A DNA stretch of 63,798 nt, the filler included, from Octopus bimaculoides (Eukaryota): the NCBI RefSeq assembly GCF_001194135.2. It is 9 parts of 7 records of this genome, joined end to end, with 100 filler letters (N's around TTAATTAATTAA, not from the genome) between each part and the next. Parts side by side here need not be neighbours in the genome. Positions count along the whole stretch, not along the records: positions 60,851 to 63,798 come from NC_068988.1; 8 more parts are not named here. One strand, given 5' to 3'. The notes beneath the pieces are model-generated. The model did not search any database and was not told the origin of the DNA. It saw nothing but the letters and a program-made list of their open reading frames with translations. Below, piece after piece: positions 61,407 through 63,798 of the stretch; position 1 is the stretch's first letter; each line of letters opens with the position of its first letter. A program made the translations under genes and the position numbers.

Positions 61407-62226
61407 TACATGTATGTATGTATATATTTACGTGTGCATGTTTATTTCTGTGTTTGTCACCCCACCATTGCTTGACAACCGATCTTGGTGTGTTTACGTC
61501 CCTGTAACTTAGCGGTTCTGCAGAAGAGACCGACAGAATAAGCACCAGGCTTACAAAGACCAAGTTCAAGGGTAAATTTTTTCGACTAAAAGGCGGTGCT
61601 CCAGCGTGGCCACAGTCAATTGACTGAAACAGGTAAAAGAATAAAAGAATATATACATAAAAACACACACAGGTGCAGACACTGCTATAATAGGTGCAAG
61701 TATAGTTTCCGGTTCAGTCTCATTGTACAGAACCTTGGGAAGTGTCTTGTACTACAGTTCTGAGCTAACTAAAGCTTTGAGTGGATTTGGTAGAGAGCAA
61801 CCTAGAAAGTTTGTTGTATAAATGTGTACATATGTATGTGTGTGTGTATGCACATGTGTCAATATGTTTGTTCAGATACCATCAGCTAAAAGCAGTAACA
61901 CTTGTTAGTTATACTAACAAATCAGCCACTAGTTTTGCACATTCAAAGATGTATGAAATAAAGAGATTCTTTACTTGAAAAATATATAGGCATGGCTTAA
62001 CAACAGGAACAGCATCTGGCTGTAAAACAATGACTCTAAAATAATACATACATGCATGCATAGGCACAGGAGTGGCTGTGTGGTTAGTAGCTTGCTTACC
62101 AATCACATGGTCATGGGTTCAGGCTCACTGCATGGCACCTTGGGCAAGTGTCTTCTACTATAGCCTTGGGCTGACCAAAGCCTTGTGAGTGGATTTGTTA
62201 GACGGAAACTGAAAGAAGCCCGTCGT
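61175..62226 (+). mobile_element. Cluster of SINE family A copies (61175-61650 near-full, about 61670-61800 degenerate head, 62063-62226 head half)
   Basis: The same head and tail sequences as 44780-45194. Confidence 0.88.
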
Positions 62227-62227
62227 A

Positions 62228-62279
<52 letters not shown>

Positions 62280-62937
62280 TATNNNNNNNNNNNNNNNNNN
62301 NNNNNNNNNNNNNNNNNNNNNNNNNNNNNNNNNNNNNNNNNNNNNNNNNNNNNNNNNNNNNNNNNNNNNNNNNNNNNNNNNNNNNNNNNNNNNNNNNNNN
62401 NNNNNNNNNNNNNNNNNNNNNNNNNNNNNNNNNNNNNNNNNNNNNNNNNNNNNNNNNNNNNNNNNNNNNNNNNNNNNNNNNNNNNNNNNNNNNNNNNNNN
62501 NNNNNNNNNNNNNNNNNNNNNNNNNNNNNNNNNNNNNNNNNNNNNNNNNNNNNNNNNNNNNNNNNNNNNNNNNNNNNNNNNNNNNNNNNNNNNNNNNNNN
62601 NNNNNNNNNNNNNNNNNNNNNNNNNNNNNNNNNNNNNNNNNNNNNNNNNNNNNNNNNNNNNNNNNNNNNNNNNNNNNNNNNNNNNNNNNNNNNNNNNNNN
62701 NNNNNNNNNNNNNNNNNNNNNNNNNNNNNNNNNNNNNNNNNNNNNNNNNNNNNNNNNNNNNNNNNNNNNNNNNNNNNNNNNNNNNNNNNNNNNNNNNNNN
62801 NNNNNNNNNNNNNNNNNNNNNNNNNNNNNNNNNNNNNNNNNNNNNNNNNNNNNNNNNNNNNNNNNNNNNNNNNNNNNNNNNNNNNNNNNNNNNNNNNNNN
62901 NNNNNNNNNNNNNNNNNNNNNNNNNNNNNNNNNNNNN

Positions 62938-63243
62938 GGCCACGTTTATAGACAATGTGGTACTGATAACAAACACTGTGGATTAGCATCAATGCTTTAT
63001 AAATGGCTTCTCACAAACCTGCCAGAACTTAAATTTCATTATCAGCCTAAAGAAGAGCAAAATACTGAACAAAGGCATTGAACTATTCTCTGCCCTAACT
63101 ATCAATGACTACAAACTGGAGATTATCCCATAGTTCACACAGCTTAGCTCCATCATTACAAACAGCTTTTCACTAGAGTGTAAGATCAACAGACAGACCA
63201 GAAGAACAGTCTGAACATTTACCATGCTGACAGAAAATCTGGA
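62938..63243 (+). mobile_element. Degenerate RTE RT fragment
   Basis: ATFIDNVVL...FSQTCQNLNFIISLKKSKIL...TINDYKLEII.*FTQLSSIIT..SLECKIN aligns with RTE LFADD...TISLKKT...FTYLGSTI. Confidence 0.7.
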
Positions 63244-63259
63244 AGATATATATATATAT

Positions 63260-63371
63260 AAAAGAATGAGATCAAGAGACCAATGGCATAATTTTCCCTG
63301 AAACAGCTGTAAGACATTCTACATAAAATATAAATTTACTTATGCCATTGGTCTCTTGATCTCATTCTTTT
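63260..63371 (+). mobile_element. Truncated HHR-bearing terminal repeat with a perfect 32-bp inverted duplication
   Basis: AAAAGAATGAGATCAAGAGACCAATGGCATAA (63260-63291) and its exact reverse complement (63340-63371) flank TCCCT GAAA CAGCTG TA AGAC. Confidence 0.7.
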
Positions 63372-63543
63372 TTATATATACACACGCTAATACACAGTCC
63401 ATGTTATATTCCCCATTCATGTTACAACCACATCTAGGGCAAAACTAGTTGGTATACAGCACTTACTCGGTAGTACCTGTATCTTTAGGGTCTGGTTGAC
63501 TCCATTACCCTTCATAACCTTTATATATATATATATATATACA

Positions 63544-63798
63544 TACTCTTTACTTTTACTCTTTTACTTGTTTCAGTCTTTTGACTGTGGCCATGCTGGA
63601 GCACCGTCTTTAGTCGAGCAAATCGACCCCAGGACTTATTCTTTGGAAGCCTAGTACTTATTCTATCGGTATTTTTTGCCGAACCACTAAGTTACGGGGA
63701 CGTAAACACACCAGCATCAGTTGCCAAGCAATGGTGGGGGACAAACACAGACACACAAACACACACACACATATATACATACATATATACGATGGGCT
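63544..63798 (-). mobile_element. SINE family A, 3' half
   Basis: The same tail as other copies; continues past the window end. Confidence 0.92.

Overview
This is repeat-dominated, AT-rich animal genomic DNA with many assembly gaps. The SINE families and gap style suggest an octopus, probably Octopus bimaculoides; that is my inference from recalled repeat sequences and was not checked. No host protein-coding gene can be supported. Almost all long ORFs in the track are microsatellite or N read-throughs. The real coding remnants are transposable elements: five R4/Dong-like LINE fragments tied to (AAT)n tracts, RTE, CR1/L2 and Hero-like fragments, two mariner fragments, and a Gypsy-type LTR with a tRNA-Trp primer-binding site. 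There are also dozens of copies of three tRNA-derived SINE families, several MITEs and a Helitron-like element. The most interesting signal is not in the ORF track: about ten type I hammerhead-ribozyme (HHR) motifs or partial motifs, in roughly six unrelated sequence contexts. They include a perfect-core minimal HHR (5711-5766, minus strand) and a long-stem-II variant (59240-59340, minus). One repeated family has a full copy (16100-16389) joining a Pol III tRNA-like head, an AAT tract, an HHR and a tail that is duplicated in inverted orientation. That layout suggests a Penelope-mobilised, ribozyme-carrying SINE. All ribozyme calls are hand-folded and untested.
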